Counted from the first letter of the stretch, positions 29,358 to 38,996 are shown. The stretch: DNA of 64,000 nt from Campylobacteraceae bacterium (GCA_027036015.1 JALVTH010000068.1:4730-68729); one strand, 5' to 3'. A program made the numbers and translations. The notes: generated by a model not told the origin, from the letters alone.

Positions 29358-30650
29358 TTATAAGCTTATTAAACGTCTTGGATTGATAAATTTTCCGTTT
29401 TTTGTAGCTTCAAAAATAAGTTTTCGCTTGATTTTCCCAATAACAGCACCTTTTTGAATTTTACTGCCAACGCGAATTAAAGGTGAAATTCTATCTAAAT
29501 CGGCATATATGGTATGAACGTTATTTGCATGTTTAACAATAACCATTTTTCCAAGCATTGGGTTTTTTCCAATATATTCAACCTCTCCATTTAAAACGTT
29601 AAAAACTCTTTTGTCACTGCTTGTAGTAACTAAAGTAATGCTATCACTAAATGATTTGATATGATATATTGGATCAATAAAAGATCCAAAATTTTTAATT
29701 ACTTCTGGAGCTTTTAAAGGCGGTATTGTTTTTAGCCCATTATAAGAAGTTATATTACTTGCCATGTAAGATGAAGCATACTCTTTTACCTTTGGCACGC
29801 TTACTAAAGAGTATTTTACACTTCTACCAGCTTTAGCTGCTGCTTCTCTTGCTCTTTTTTGTTGTAAGCGAAGTCTTTTTAACTCTTGAATTCTTTTTTT
29901 AAGCATTGCTTCTTTTTCTTTTGCTGCACGAACAGCATCTTGATGTAAAATATTTAGTTTACTAAGAGTGAGGCGAATTGCAATTTGTCTTTTAATAAGC
30001 TCTTTTAGTTTTTTGGCATAAATTTTCTCCTCTTGATGAAGCTTTGCTAAAAGTTTTTGACGCTCTTTTTTCTTTTGTTGATAAATTTTCTTTTGCTTTT
30101 TAACATCACTAATGCTTGCTAAAATTTCATTTTTTTTCTTTAAAAGAGCCTTTTTTAGTTGATTTTTTTGTTCAATGTTTCTTGAAAGTTTTAAAATCTG
30201 TTTTTGATTGTAACTTTTATATTTTTCGTAAAATTGGCGCAATATTACGCTTTTTTCATCCTCTTCTCCACCTTGGCTTTTAGCAACTATAATACCTAAA
30301 GATTGAGCAATCTTTTTGGCAAACTCTTGATTTTTTGCACTAATGTCTTGATCAAGCGCTTTTATAGCATTATTAATGCTTTTTATCTCAGCCATAGCTT
30401 CGTTATACTTTTTTTGCTTTTGCACTAAATCTTGATCAAGTTGATTCAATTTTTGATTATATTTTTCAATTTGTGCTTTAGTTTTTTCAATTTTTGCTGC
30501 AATTTGTTGCAGCTGTTTATTAATTTGCATTTTTTGATTCGTGGTTTGTTCTAAAGAGGCTTTAGATTTGTTAATCTCTTTAAAAAGCTCACTTGGGCTT
30601 TTTGCAAATACTAAAGAAATTAAAAATAAAAAAGCTAAAAACTTTTTCAT
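29358..30650 (-). CDS. EnvC-like murein hydrolase activator (coiled coil plus degenerate LytM/M23 domain)
   Basis: 430 aa with a signal peptide and about 250 aa of Q/K-rich coiled coil. The C-terminal M23 fold has lost its metal ligands (YADL instead of Y.HL; LIFE instead of HLHFE). It lies directly downstream of ftsE and ftsX. Confidence 0.75.
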   Translation of the reverse strand: MKKFLAFLFLISLVFAKSPSELFKEINKSKASLEQTTNQKMQINKQLQQIAAKIEKTKAQIEKYNQKLNQLDQDLVQKQKKYNEAMAEIKSINNAIKALDQDISAKNQEFAKKIAQSLGIIVAKSQGGEEDEKSVILRQFYEKYKSYNQKQILKLSRNIEQKNQLKKALLKKKNEILASISDVKKQKKIYQQKKKERQKLLAKLHQEEKIYAKKLKELIKRQIAIRLTLSKLNILHQDAVRAAKEKEAMLKKRIQELKRLRLQQKRAREAAAKAGRSVKYSLVSVPKVKEYASSYMASNITSYNGLKTIPPLKAPEVIKNFGSFIDPIYHIKSFSDSITLVTTSSDKRVFNVLNGEVEYIGKNPMLGKMVIVKHANNVHTIYADLDRISPLIRVGSKIQKGAVIGKIKRKLIFEATKNGKFINPRRLISL

Positions 30651-31465
30651 TCTTCTATTGCCTCACTTGCTCTAAATGCTACGAATAAAACAGAAATAAT
30701 AACAATAATAAATGAAACTCCAAGCCAAATAAAAAAGTCTTTCACATGAAAAAATATAGAAGCATCAGCATGAATGTATTTAAATAACAAACTATTATTC
30801 AGTTTAGATTGTACATAAAGAAAAATTCCTAAATTGAGTAATGCCGCAATAATAGCATCAACAAAAGCCATTTTAAACAAAACTCCACTTCTTAGCATCA
30901 AAGGTGCACCAAAAATTTCCATAATTTGCATTCGCTCTTTATGAGCCAATTGCCACACTTCCATCTGCTTAATAATTAATAAAATACTCACTAAAAATAA
31001 AATAGTCATGAAAATATTTAAAAGCGTTGTTACAACGCTAAATAGAGATCTTTTAGTCTCATAACTCTCGCCAAAAGTATCTACCGTCACCATTCCAGGA
31101 ATTGCTTTTAACTCTTTTTCTATCTCTTTAAGTTTTTTAACCGTAACATATTTTGCTAAATGAATACGATAAAAATGAGGAAGCTCTTTTAAAATGGTAT
31201 CAACATTTTCTTTTCCAATATTAGAAACCACTTCGCTTGCAATCTTTTGTTTATTCATAGCTTCAACACTTTCGATATCACTATCGATAGAGCGCAAATA
31301 AGGGGTGGTTAATACTTTTTTACTTGATACGATTATGGCATAATCACTTCGTAACTTCTCTTCATAAGCTTTTGTAACTCTACCAAAAATTAAAATAAAC
31401 TCAATTCCAATTAAAACTGCCAATAACGGCAAAATAAACATTATATGATCTTTAATGGACTTCAT
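30647..31465 (-). CDS. ftsX: Cell division ABC transporter permease FtsX
   Basis: 4-TM FtsX-type topology with a periplasmic domain between TM1 and TM2. It overlaps ftsE and the EnvC-like gene. The start is taken at the ATG at 31465. Confidence 0.8.
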   Translation of the reverse strand: MKSIKDHIMFILPLLAVLIGIEFILIFGRVTKAYEEKLRSDYAIIVSSKKVLTTPYLRSIDSDIESVEAMNKQKIASEVVSNIGKENVDTILKELPHFYRIHLAKYVTVKKLKEIEKELKAIPGMVTVDTFGESYETKRSLFSVVTTLLNIFMTILFLVSILLIIKQMEVWQLAHKERMQIMEIFGAPLMLRSGVLFKMAFVDAIIAALLNLGIFLYVQSKLNNSLLFKYIHADASIFFHVKDFFIWLGVSFIIVIISVLFVAFRASEAIEE

Positions 31466-32126
31466 GCACACCCCCATTTTCTATGATAAAGTGGCGATAT
31501 GGAATATTAAAAATGGTAGGAATTTTATGTGTAACGACTAAAACTGTTGCATTTAATTGATCGCAAGCATTCTCTAACAAATCCCACACAACACCAGAAG
31601 AAAATTCATCCAAGTTTCCTGTAGGCTCATCGGCTAAAATTAAAAATGGATTTTTAGAAAGCGCTCTTGCAACGCCAACTCTTTGCTGTTCACCCCCGCT
31701 AAGTTCTAATGGATATTTATGAGCTTGTTCACTTAATTTAACGTGGGCTAACAATTTTTCAGCTTGGACTTTTTGCACGTCTAAACTATATCCTGTAATA
31801 ATCAAAGGCAAAACAACATTTTTCTCAACAGTCCATTCATTGATTAATTTATAATCTTGAAAAACGATTCCTATGTTTCTTCTAAGCTGCAAGAGTTGAC
31901 TTCGTTTAATTTTTCGCATATCATATCCACCAACAATAAGTGTTCCATCATAAGGCTTTAATTGCCCATACATTGATTTTAAAAGCGTAGATTTCCCACT
32001 TCCACTTGGTCCTGTAATAAAAACAAATTCCCCTTGCTCAATAGAAAATGTTGCATTTTTTATAATAACATTTTTGCCTTTATCATATGCTAAGGTTAAA
32101 TTTTGCGCTTTAATTACACTTGCCAT
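31452..32126 (-). CDS. ftsE: Cell division ATP-binding protein FtsE
   Basis: Walker A GPSGSGKST, signature LSGGEQQR and Walker B LILADEPTGNLD. Confidence 0.88.
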   Translation of the reverse strand: MASVIKAQNLTLAYDKGKNVIIKNATFSIEQGEFVFITGPSGSGKSTLLKSMYGQLKPYDGTLIVGGYDMRKIKRSQLLQLRRNIGIVFQDYKLINEWTVEKNVVLPLIITGYSLDVQKVQAEKLLAHVKLSEQAHKYPLELSGGEQQRVGVARALSKNPFLILADEPTGNLDEFSSGVVWDLLENACDQLNATVLVVTHKIPTIFNIPYRHFIIENGGVHEVH

Positions 32127-33264
32127 GTAAAACCTCTTTTATTTTTTGGTGTGCTTTAAAATTGCTTAAGCTTTTTGCTGGATTAGTAGGCAAATAGCTC
32201 CAATATTTGCCATTAAAGTAAAGCATTTTTTTCTCTGGCATACTAAAAGCCCCAAAAGAGCACTCTATGATTTTTTGCTCATTATCTCTAAATTCTCTTG
32301 TAAAATGCACAAAGAAATCTTCTTCTTTGATAATTTCGTTTGCAATATTATCATTTTTTTCTGACTTTTCAAAATCAAAGCTAATTGTAACCTCTTTTGG
32401 CAAATCATTTGTTAATGACTCGAGCCAAAGAGTAAAAATATCTTTTTGCATTCTTTTCCATCGTGCTTCATATTTACTCTCAACTTCTATGTCTATGTTT
32501 TTTTGAACCTTATAACTTACTCTTTGTAAAGAGTTAAATAGTTCAAGTGAATAATTAAAATAATTAATAGAGTCAGTTCGAAGTTCAAGCATTGCTCCTT
32601 TTTTTAATACGCGTAAAGCCTCTTGTAAAAATTTTTTAGAAATAACTCTTCTATGAGGCTTTTTATCCCAAGGAACTGGAAAATGAACATAAATTTTCTC
32701 TAATATGTTTGAAGGAAACATCTCAAGGAGTAATCTTGCATCATAATTGATGATATAAACATTATTTATTTTTTGCAAATGTAATTGTTTTAATACCTGT
32801 TCAATAGAAGGTGTATGAATCTCTACCCCAATAAAGAGGGTATTTGGTTTATTTTTTGCTTGGTAGAGTAAATGTCTTCCACTACCAAATCCTACTTCTA
32901 ATTCAACGTGCTCATAATTTGGTTGAAAATCATAAAAATCTTCTATTGTTTTCAAAAAGAAATTATCAACCTTTTCTTTATGTTTTTTTACGGCAGTATT
33001 ATGTAGTATGACTTCAAGCGAAAACTCATTTGCAATCTCATTAAGCACCGATTTTAAAAGTTCCGTATTACTCCCTCTTGAAATTTTATTTGGCTTAAGT
33101 AGATATTCGTTTTCTCTTTTAATAAGATCAAAAATTAAAATCTTATCCTCTTTTTTTACTAATAAAAGTTCACTATTGCCTTCTTTTGTATTGCCTAAAA
33201 AAATAACATCTTTTTTCTTTTTTAACATTTTCGTATCAAATGGAGCTACCTTAATATGCGGCAT
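32110..33264 (-). CDS. trmB: tRNA (guanine46-N7)-methyltransferase, long form
   Basis: 384 aa. The central core (LEVGFGSGRHL..IGVEIH..VHFPVPWDKKPHRRV) is TrmB, flanked by N-terminal (about 115 aa) and C-terminal (about 90 aa) extensions. Confidence 0.85.
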   Translation of the reverse strand: MPHIKVAPFDTKMLKKKKDVIFLGNTKEGNSELLLVKKEDKILIFDLIKRENEYLLKPNKISRGSNTELLKSVLNEIANEFSLEVILHNTAVKKHKEKVDNFFLKTIEDFYDFQPNYEHVELEVGFGSGRHLLYQAKNKPNTLFIGVEIHTPSIEQVLKQLHLQKINNVYIINYDARLLLEMFPSNILEKIYVHFPVPWDKKPHRRVISKKFLQEALRVLKKGAMLELRTDSINYFNYSLELFNSLQRVSYKVQKNIDIEVESKYEARWKRMQKDIFTLWLESLTNDLPKEVTISFDFEKSEKNDNIANEIIKEEDFFVHFTREFRDNEQKIIECSFGAFSMPEKKMLYFNGKYWSYLPTNPAKSLSNFKAHQKIKEVLHGKCN

Positions 33265-33929
33265 TATTGCACCTTTACACTTACAACATTACTAACATAT
33301 GAACTTACTCCATAAGCATCTTTTGCAATAATTCTATAAGAATAGCTATGCCCTCTAAAAGCCGTTGCATCAATATATTCTGGATAGAGTCTTCCTTTAA
33401 CAGTAGTTAGATAAAACCATTTTGAATTATCCGTTTTTCTCTCTATAATATATTTATATATCATTGGCTCGCTTGATGGAATCCATAAAAGCTTTACGGT
33501 ATCTTTTGCAACGACCGTTGCACTAATTACTTTTATGGCTTTATAGGGAGGTTTGGTTAAAACAGGAACTATATCTCCATGGATAGATTCATTTAATCCA
33601 CTATAAGTAGTAAAGGTATAAAAATATTTTGTTCCTGGCTCAATATTTGTATCAACAAAATGCGTTGCAAAACGATTTGGCACCGTCGCAATCTTTATAT
33701 AGACTTGATTAATTCCTGGTTTTGCTTTTGCACGGTAAATATTTACTCCAGTGACTCTTGGATATTTTGCCAATGATGGCCATTCAAATCCAACTGAGCT
33801 TCTGCCAACGACTTTTTTAACGTTATGAATAACAGGCAATGTTACATCGCTAAAAAAAGCATTTGCACTACTTATTAACAATTGAGTTAGTAAAAAAACT
33901 TGCAAGCTTTTCTTTTGTAAAAAGTTCAT
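33264..33929 (-). CDS. Secreted fibronectin type III domain protein (FlpA-like, two FN3 modules)
   Basis: 221 aa with a signal peptide ending SSANA/FF. FN3-like repeats (GVNIYRAK..GTKYFYTF and YIIERK..GHSYSYRI). It sits between rluD and trmB, as flpA does in C. jejuni. Confidence 0.65.
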   Translation of the reverse strand: MNFLQKKSLQVFLLTQLLISSANAFFSDVTLPVIHNVKKVVGRSSVGFEWPSLAKYPRVTGVNIYRAKAKPGINQVYIKIATVPNRFATHFVDTNIEPGTKYFYTFTTYSGLNESIHGDIVPVLTKPPYKAIKVISATVVAKDTVKLLWIPSSEPMIYKYIIERKTDNSKWFYLTTVKGRLYPEYIDATAFRGHSYSYRIIAKDAYGVSSYVSNVVSVKVQ

Positions 33930-34842
33930 CTATCAAGCCTTTTTGAAAATTTTTTTCCATAAACTCTTTCATATCTTCCATTAAAGGAGCCATAATTTGC
34001 ATTTGTTCGTTACTTCTTGGATGAATGAAATAAAGCACGGATGCATGTAGCATCATTCTCTCATTACACTCTTTATTTGGTCCATAGAGTTTATCTCCAA
34101 TAATATGGCGCCCAAGTGTACTTAAATGCACTCTTATTTGATGGGTTCTCCCGCTAAAAAGTTTTGCTCCAATTAATTCTATGCTTTTTTTGCCCGTTGC
34201 TATTTTTACAAAATGGGTTTTTGCTGCTCTTGCACCCTCTATTGCAGCCATTTTTAATCTATTTTTAGGATTTCTTCCAATTGCTTTATCAACGATAACG
34301 TCTTCTTTTAATGGATAATTAATGATTGCAAGATAATATCTTCCCATACTTCTATCTTGTAATTGCTTGCTTAGTTTCTCATGAGCAAAATTGTTTTTTG
34401 CAATAAGCAACGCTCCACTTGTTTCTTTATCCAGTCTATGAACAATACCATTTCGCTCCTCTCCACTAAGAGTGGAGAGCCTAACATTTTGGCTTCTTAA
34501 CCAATCAACAAGCGTTGGCTCTTTAACTGAAGCAGCTGGATGAACCACTAAATGAGGTGGTTTGTTAATTACTAAAACATCTTCGTCTTCATAGAGTTTT
34601 TCAATCTCAAACTCTATTTTTTGAAACTCCTTTTTGGGAGCTTCCTTAATTTCATATGCTATCTTTTGATTTGGACTAACTATAAAAGAGCGTTTTTTAA
34701 TTATTTTACCATCAACGCTAACTAAGCCTTCTTTAATTAACTTTTCAACCTGATTACGGCTCACGCTTAAAGCCTGTGATAGCACTTTGTCCAACCTACC
34801 GCTGTTTTGGACTTTAAACGCTTTTGCCACCTTCTTCTCCAA
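33868..34842 (-). CDS. rluD: RluA/RluD-family 23S rRNA pseudouridine synthase
   Basis: N-terminal S4 domain (RLDKVLSQAL..SRNQVEKLIKEG), catalytic HRLDKETSG and GRTHQIRVH. TTG start. Confidence 0.9.
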   Translation of the reverse strand: MEKKVAKAFKVQNSGRLDKVLSQALSVSRNQVEKLIKEGLVSVDGKIIKKRSFIVSPNQKIAYEIKEAPKKEFQKIEFEIEKLYEDEDVLVINKPPHLVVHPAASVKEPTLVDWLRSQNVRLSTLSGEERNGIVHRLDKETSGALLIAKNNFAHEKLSKQLQDRSMGRYYLAIINYPLKEDVIVDKAIGRNPKNRLKMAAIEGARAAKTHFVKIATGKKSIELIGAKLFSGRTHQIRVHLSTLGRHIIGDKLYGPNKECNERMMLHASVLYFIHPRSNEQMQIMAPLMEDMKEFMEKNFQKGLIDELFTKEKLASFFTNSIVNK

Positions 34843-34914
34843 TATTTTTCTTAGGATAACATAAAATCGTTTAAAGTATATTAAAAAATATATGAATTTT
34901 AAAAGAAGTTTATA

Positions 34915-35850
34915 TTAAGTAGTAAAAAAGTGATAAATAAGTTCTCGAAGCTCATTAGGATCTGTAATTTTATTCACTTTATCTCTAAAAGCTGCTGCAT
35001 CTTTAATACCTATTTTAGAGTAAGTGTGTAAATGTTTCCTAAAAAGCACTACTCCATACTCAGCATAAAAGTTGAGCATTTGTTCAAAATGCTCTAAAAC
35101 TACATCTCGAATTAATTCTTTACTTGCAACTTCAACCCCATCTTTTATCTCTTTAAAAATCCAAGGTCTTCCAAGCGCTCCTCTGCCAATCATTACTCCA
35201 TCACATTTAGTATACTCTAAAACCCATTTTGCTTTTTGAGGTGTTGTAATATCTCCATTTGCAATAACTGGAATATTAACGCTTTCTTTTACCTCTTTAA
35301 TAGCATCATAATCAACGGGAGCTTTATATCGATCTTGTCTAGTTCTTCCATGAACAGCTATAAAATCAACGCCGCACGCTTCACAAATTTTAGCTGCTTC
35401 TTTATGCACCTTTTCGTTAAAACCTAAGCGCATTTTAACTGAAAAGTATTTTTTATTAGAGTATTTTTTAATCGTCTCAAGCACTTTTGCTAAAAGCTTT
35501 AAATCGGTTAAAAGCGCGCTTCCTTGCATACCTCTTACAACTTTTGGAGCCGGACACCCACAATTTAAATCAATAATGTCAATTCCATCGTGTTCATTAA
35601 TAATTTCAACAGCTTGTCTAACAATATCAATTTTACTGCCGGCAATTTGCACTGCATATGGGCTCTCAAGTGGAGATTTTTGAAGCATCTTTTCAGTTTT
35701 TTTGCGCCCAAAAACCAAAGCATGAGAACTTATCATTTCACTAATAGTTAAATCCGCTCCAAATTTTTTAACAACGCTTCTAAAGGGAAGATCTGTAAGC
35801 CCAGCCAAAGGGGCTAATACAAAAAGAGGCTTAGAAAAATCTAAACTCAT
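34915..35850 (-). CDS. dus: tRNA-dihydrouridine synthase
   Basis: 311 aa with LAPLAGLTDLPFR, DLNCGCP and HGRTR motifs. Confidence 0.9.
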   Translation of the reverse strand: MSLDFSKPLFVLAPLAGLTDLPFRSVVKKFGADLTISEMISSHALVFGRKKTEKMLQKSPLESPYAVQIAGSKIDIVRQAVEIINEHDGIDIIDLNCGCPAPKVVRGMQGSALLTDLKLLAKVLETIKKYSNKKYFSVKMRLGFNEKVHKEAAKICEACGVDFIAVHGRTRQDRYKAPVDYDAIKEVKESVNIPVIANGDITTPQKAKWVLEYTKCDGVMIGRGALGRPWIFKEIKDGVEVASKELIRDVVLEHFEQMLNFYAEYGVVLFRKHLHTYSKIGIKDAAAFRDKVNKITDPNELRELIYHFFTT

Positions 35851-36884
35851 AGACAGCTATTTTCCTCGTTAATAAAATCTGAGAGTTTGAAGTTATGTTT
35901 TTGTTTTTTCAAGAGATAGAGGGCTCTAAAAGCTTTATATTCATCTTCACTATGTTCGTCTAAAATCTCTTTTACTTTATCAAGCATTTCATATCTAAAA
36001 AGCAAATAAATATAGGCTGGTAAAGCATCTTCATCTTTTTTGGAAAGTGCACTTAAAAGCTCTAAGTTATTGTCTGGATCAAATTTTTCTAAAAGAAACT
36101 TAACTACTTTAATATACTCTTTACAATTTAAATTATAAGTTTGAATAAAAGATTTTATAATATCAAAAGTAACTTTTGTTTCTTTATCCTCTTTTAATCT
36201 CTCAAGCAGTTTTAAAAAACGCTCTTTTCGAATCTCTTTAGCATATTTTTTAATTGTAAAAAGATCTTGCGTTGCAACTAATTTATCTAAAGCTAAAGAA
36301 ACAAGCTCTTGTGGATATCTCTCTTTAAAATCAAGTACTTTTAAGGCATATTTAGGATTTGCGTTAATATGATTTTTTTCGTTTTGTAAATAAAGAGGAT
36401 TTTCATTGCTAATGTGTTTGCCAATTTTTTCTTTTTTTAAATCTACAAATTCACCATTTTCTATTTTTTGAACAATCTTAGCACTTTGTCTAATTCTCTC
36501 ACTAATTTGCAAATCTTCCGTACTTAAAGGTTCAATGTAAGATTTTGCTAAAATACCAGCACCTTTTCGTAACTCTTCGTTTGCAAAATGCACGTCTTGA
36601 GGCTCTTTAATTAAAGACCAATAGATTGCATCTTCTACTTTTTTTGCATCAGACTTCCACTTTTTTGTTGTAAAATAAGATTTTGCTCCATAAAACAGAA
36701 TGTGAAGCAATGAAAAAATTGCAAGCAAAGCTACTGGTAAAGCAATCCATAGGGCAATTGGCAAACTTGGCATGTGAATACCAAAAACGTCAAACGAATA
36801 ATAGCCTGGATTAATCATATAGGCTGCAACAGCAACGGCAATAACAAATAAAATTGCACTAATTAAATAGAGCCCCGCTTTCAT
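35847..36884 (-). CDS. Membrane-anchored helical-repeat protein, function unknown (LapA/HemY-like architecture)
   Basis: 345 aa with two N-terminal TM helices followed by about 270 aa of predicted all-helical cytoplasmic domain. Translationally coupled to dus (4-nt overlap). Confidence 0.45.
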   Translation of the reverse strand: MKAGLYLISAILFVIAVAVAAYMINPGYYSFDVFGIHMPSLPIALWIALPVALLAIFSLLHILFYGAKSYFTTKKWKSDAKKVEDAIYWSLIKEPQDVHFANEELRKGAGILAKSYIEPLSTEDLQISERIRQSAKIVQKIENGEFVDLKKEKIGKHISNENPLYLQNEKNHINANPKYALKVLDFKERYPQELVSLALDKLVATQDLFTIKKYAKEIRKERFLKLLERLKEDKETKVTFDIIKSFIQTYNLNCKEYIKVVKFLLEKFDPDNNLELLSALSKKDEDALPAYIYLLFRYEMLDKVKEILDEHSEDEYKAFRALYLLKKQKHNFKLSDFINEENSCL

Positions 36885-36901
36885 AATAAAACTCCTTAGT
36901 T

Positions 36902-37261
36902 TTAATTTATCTTACTCTTTTCGACTATTTCTCTACAGGTAATACAATATTTTGCAAAAGGCTTAATACTAAGTCTATCAACTCCAATTTTATCTTCGCA
37001 CATTTCACAAATGCCATAGGTTCCTTTTTTTATCTTCTCTAATGCCTCTTCAACTTCTTTTAACTCTTTTACTTGTTTTTCAATAAGTGCTTGTTCAATT
37101 GATGAATCGTTTGTTAAAAGCGCATAATCTCCTTCATCAGTTGGATTTTGATTACGCATTTGTTCAATCTTATCTTTAGCATTTTGAATGTTTAATTTTA
37201 TTTTATCAGCTAAACTTATTAATTTTTGCTGAAAATGCTCAAGTTCTTTTTGTGTCATCAA
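36902..37261 (-). CDS. dksA: DksA/TraR-family C4 zinc-finger RNA polymerase-binding regulator
   Basis: 119 aa with a coiled-coil region plus CEMC-x17-CITC. Confidence 0.88.
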   Translation of the reverse strand: MMTQKELEHFQQKLISLADKIKLNIQNAKDKIEQMRNQNPTDEGDYALLTNDSSIEQALIEKQVKELKEVEEALEKIKKGTYGICEMCEDKIGVDRLSIKPFAKYCITCREIVEKSKIN

Positions 37262-37268
37262 ATATCCT

Positions 37269-37733
37269 TTACTTATGATATGGGTGGTTGTTTGATATCG
37301 ATAACCCTCGATAAATTTGTTCTAAAAGTAAGAGTTTAACTAATTTATGGGAATATGTAATTTTACCTAAAGAAACTGATAAATCACACTTTTTCTCTAC
37401 AAATTCCCTCTCAAATCCATATGCACCACCTATAAAAAAGGCAATGTGTGCTTCTTTTTGTAACAGTTTTGCAAACTTTATACTATCAACCTCAAGGCCT
37501 TGAGGATCTAAGGCGATATTATACCCACTTTTTATAAAAGGTGTAAAGGCTTTGGTATAACTTTTTTGCGCTAAAGTAATAGACTGCTCTTGAGCTTTTT
37601 GAATCTCTTTGCTAAATATATCGACAACTTCAACTTGAGCAAAAGGGCGCGCTAATTTTTGATAATGTTTTATTAAAGGTTCATAAAGCTCTTTTTTCCC
37701 TTTCTTATCAATGGCATAAATTGTAATTTTCAC
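37269..37733 (-). CDS. rlmH: 23S rRNA (pseudouridine1915-N3)-methyltransferase (SPOUT)
   Basis: 154 aa with FFIGGAYGF and a C-terminal HPYHK. Confidence 0.88.
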   Translation of the reverse strand: MKITIYAIDKKGKKELYEPLIKHYQKLARPFAQVEVVDIFSKEIQKAQEQSITLAQKSYTKAFTPFIKSGYNIALDPQGLEVDSIKFAKLLQKEAHIAFFIGGAYGFEREFVEKKCDLSVSLGKITYSHKLVKLLLLEQIYRGLSISNNHPYHK

Positions 37734-38995
37734 TCCAATTCCTTATAAAAACTATCTACTTCTTCGTTGGGATAAATTACTTTTTCTAAATAACTATTAA
37801 AATCATTCTTTGAATATTCAATAGCTAAGTTTTTAGGATTGCTTGATCTTGAAATTGCAACATAAAGCTGTCCAGGAGCAAATATAGAATCTAAATTACA
37901 AACTAATGTATCTATACTCATCCCTTGAGATTTATGAATTGTAATTGCATAAGCAAGTTTTAGTGGAAATTGTTTAATGATTGCCAAAGTAATTGGCTCT
38001 AAGGTCTCACTATCAATTTCATTTAATTCAAAAGTATGAGCTTTAACTTTAATTTTTTTTCCTCTACTTAAGACTATAACTGCATCTTCTTTTAAATCAA
38101 GTATAACACCTTCTTGTCCATTAACAAATTCACCCCAATTATTAATGCAAAAAATAACTTTGGCGCCAATTTTTAGATGCAAAATTTCATCAACAATTAA
38201 CGATTCAGCCCAGCGATTAAGACGCTCTTGGCTAATATTTGCAATATTTTCTACTTGCCAAAAATAGAAATGTTCATAACTTTTAAGTGTTGCTAATTTT
38301 TTTTCATTTAAACTATTAACCTCTTTATTTCGTCCATAAAGATAGGTAGGCTCTAAAGAAGATGAAAGTTTTTTTTCTTTTAATTTATAAAGATAAGCTT
38401 TTACCTCGCTATCGCAAATTCCTTTTCGAATTTTATTTAAAATAATAATAAATTCTTTATCACTCGTTCTTTTAACATCTTTTAAAATAATAGTTTTAAA
38501 GCGAAATTTTTCCCATGCACTGCTATTAAAAGCATAAGAGCTTTGAAAAAGAGAGTTTTTTTCTTTTTTTATAATTGGTGGCAATTGATAAAAATCTCCA
38601 ACTACTACCACTTTTCCATTAAAACCCATTTGTTCTAAGCGATAATAAATCATATCCATTAGATGGTTTGAAACCATACTAATTTCATCAATAATTAATA
38701 AATCCAATTTTTGTAAAATCTTTTTTAACTCAGCTAAAGATTTTTTTCTTTTTTTATCGTAAGAGCTTAACTCTTGTAAATTTTTAGAAATTCCAAATAA
38801 AAAGAAGCTATGAAGAGTAATCCCATTAACATTTAAAGCACTAATTCCTGTACTTCCAAGTGCAATAACATTTTTACCTAAACGATTATAAGTAGAGATT
38901 AATTCATTAACTAAATAACTTTTTCCAACTCCTGCACCACCAGTTAGAAAGAGATTATGTTTTTCTAAGTAAGAAAGAAGCTTTGTAAGTTTCAT
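37730..38995 (-). CDS. Pif1/RecD-family SF1B ATP-dependent DNA helicase
   Basis: 421 aa with Walker A GGAGVGKS, motif Ia GSTGISALNVNGITLHSFF, motif II LLIIDEISMV, Pif1-type motif III VVVGDFYQLPPI, and motifs V/VI ITIHKSQGMS and LYVAISRS. Confidence 0.8.
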   Translation of the reverse strand: MKLTKLLSYLEKHNLFLTGGAGVGKSYLVNELISTYNRLGKNVIALGSTGISALNVNGITLHSFFLFGISKNLQELSSYDKKRKKSLAELKKILQKLDLLIIDEISMVSNHLMDMIYYRLEQMGFNGKVVVVGDFYQLPPIIKKEKNSLFQSSYAFNSSAWEKFRFKTIILKDVKRTSDKEFIIILNKIRKGICDSEVKAYLYKLKEKKLSSSLEPTYLYGRNKEVNSLNEKKLATLKSYEHFYFWQVENIANISQERLNRWAESLIVDEILHLKIGAKVIFCINNWGEFVNGQEGVILDLKEDAVIVLSRGKKIKVKAHTFELNEIDSETLEPITLAIIKQFPLKLAYAITIHKSQGMSIDTLVCNLDSIFAPGQLYVAISRSSNPKNLAIEYSKNDFNSYLEKVIYPNEEVDSFYKELE

Positions 38996-38996
38996 G

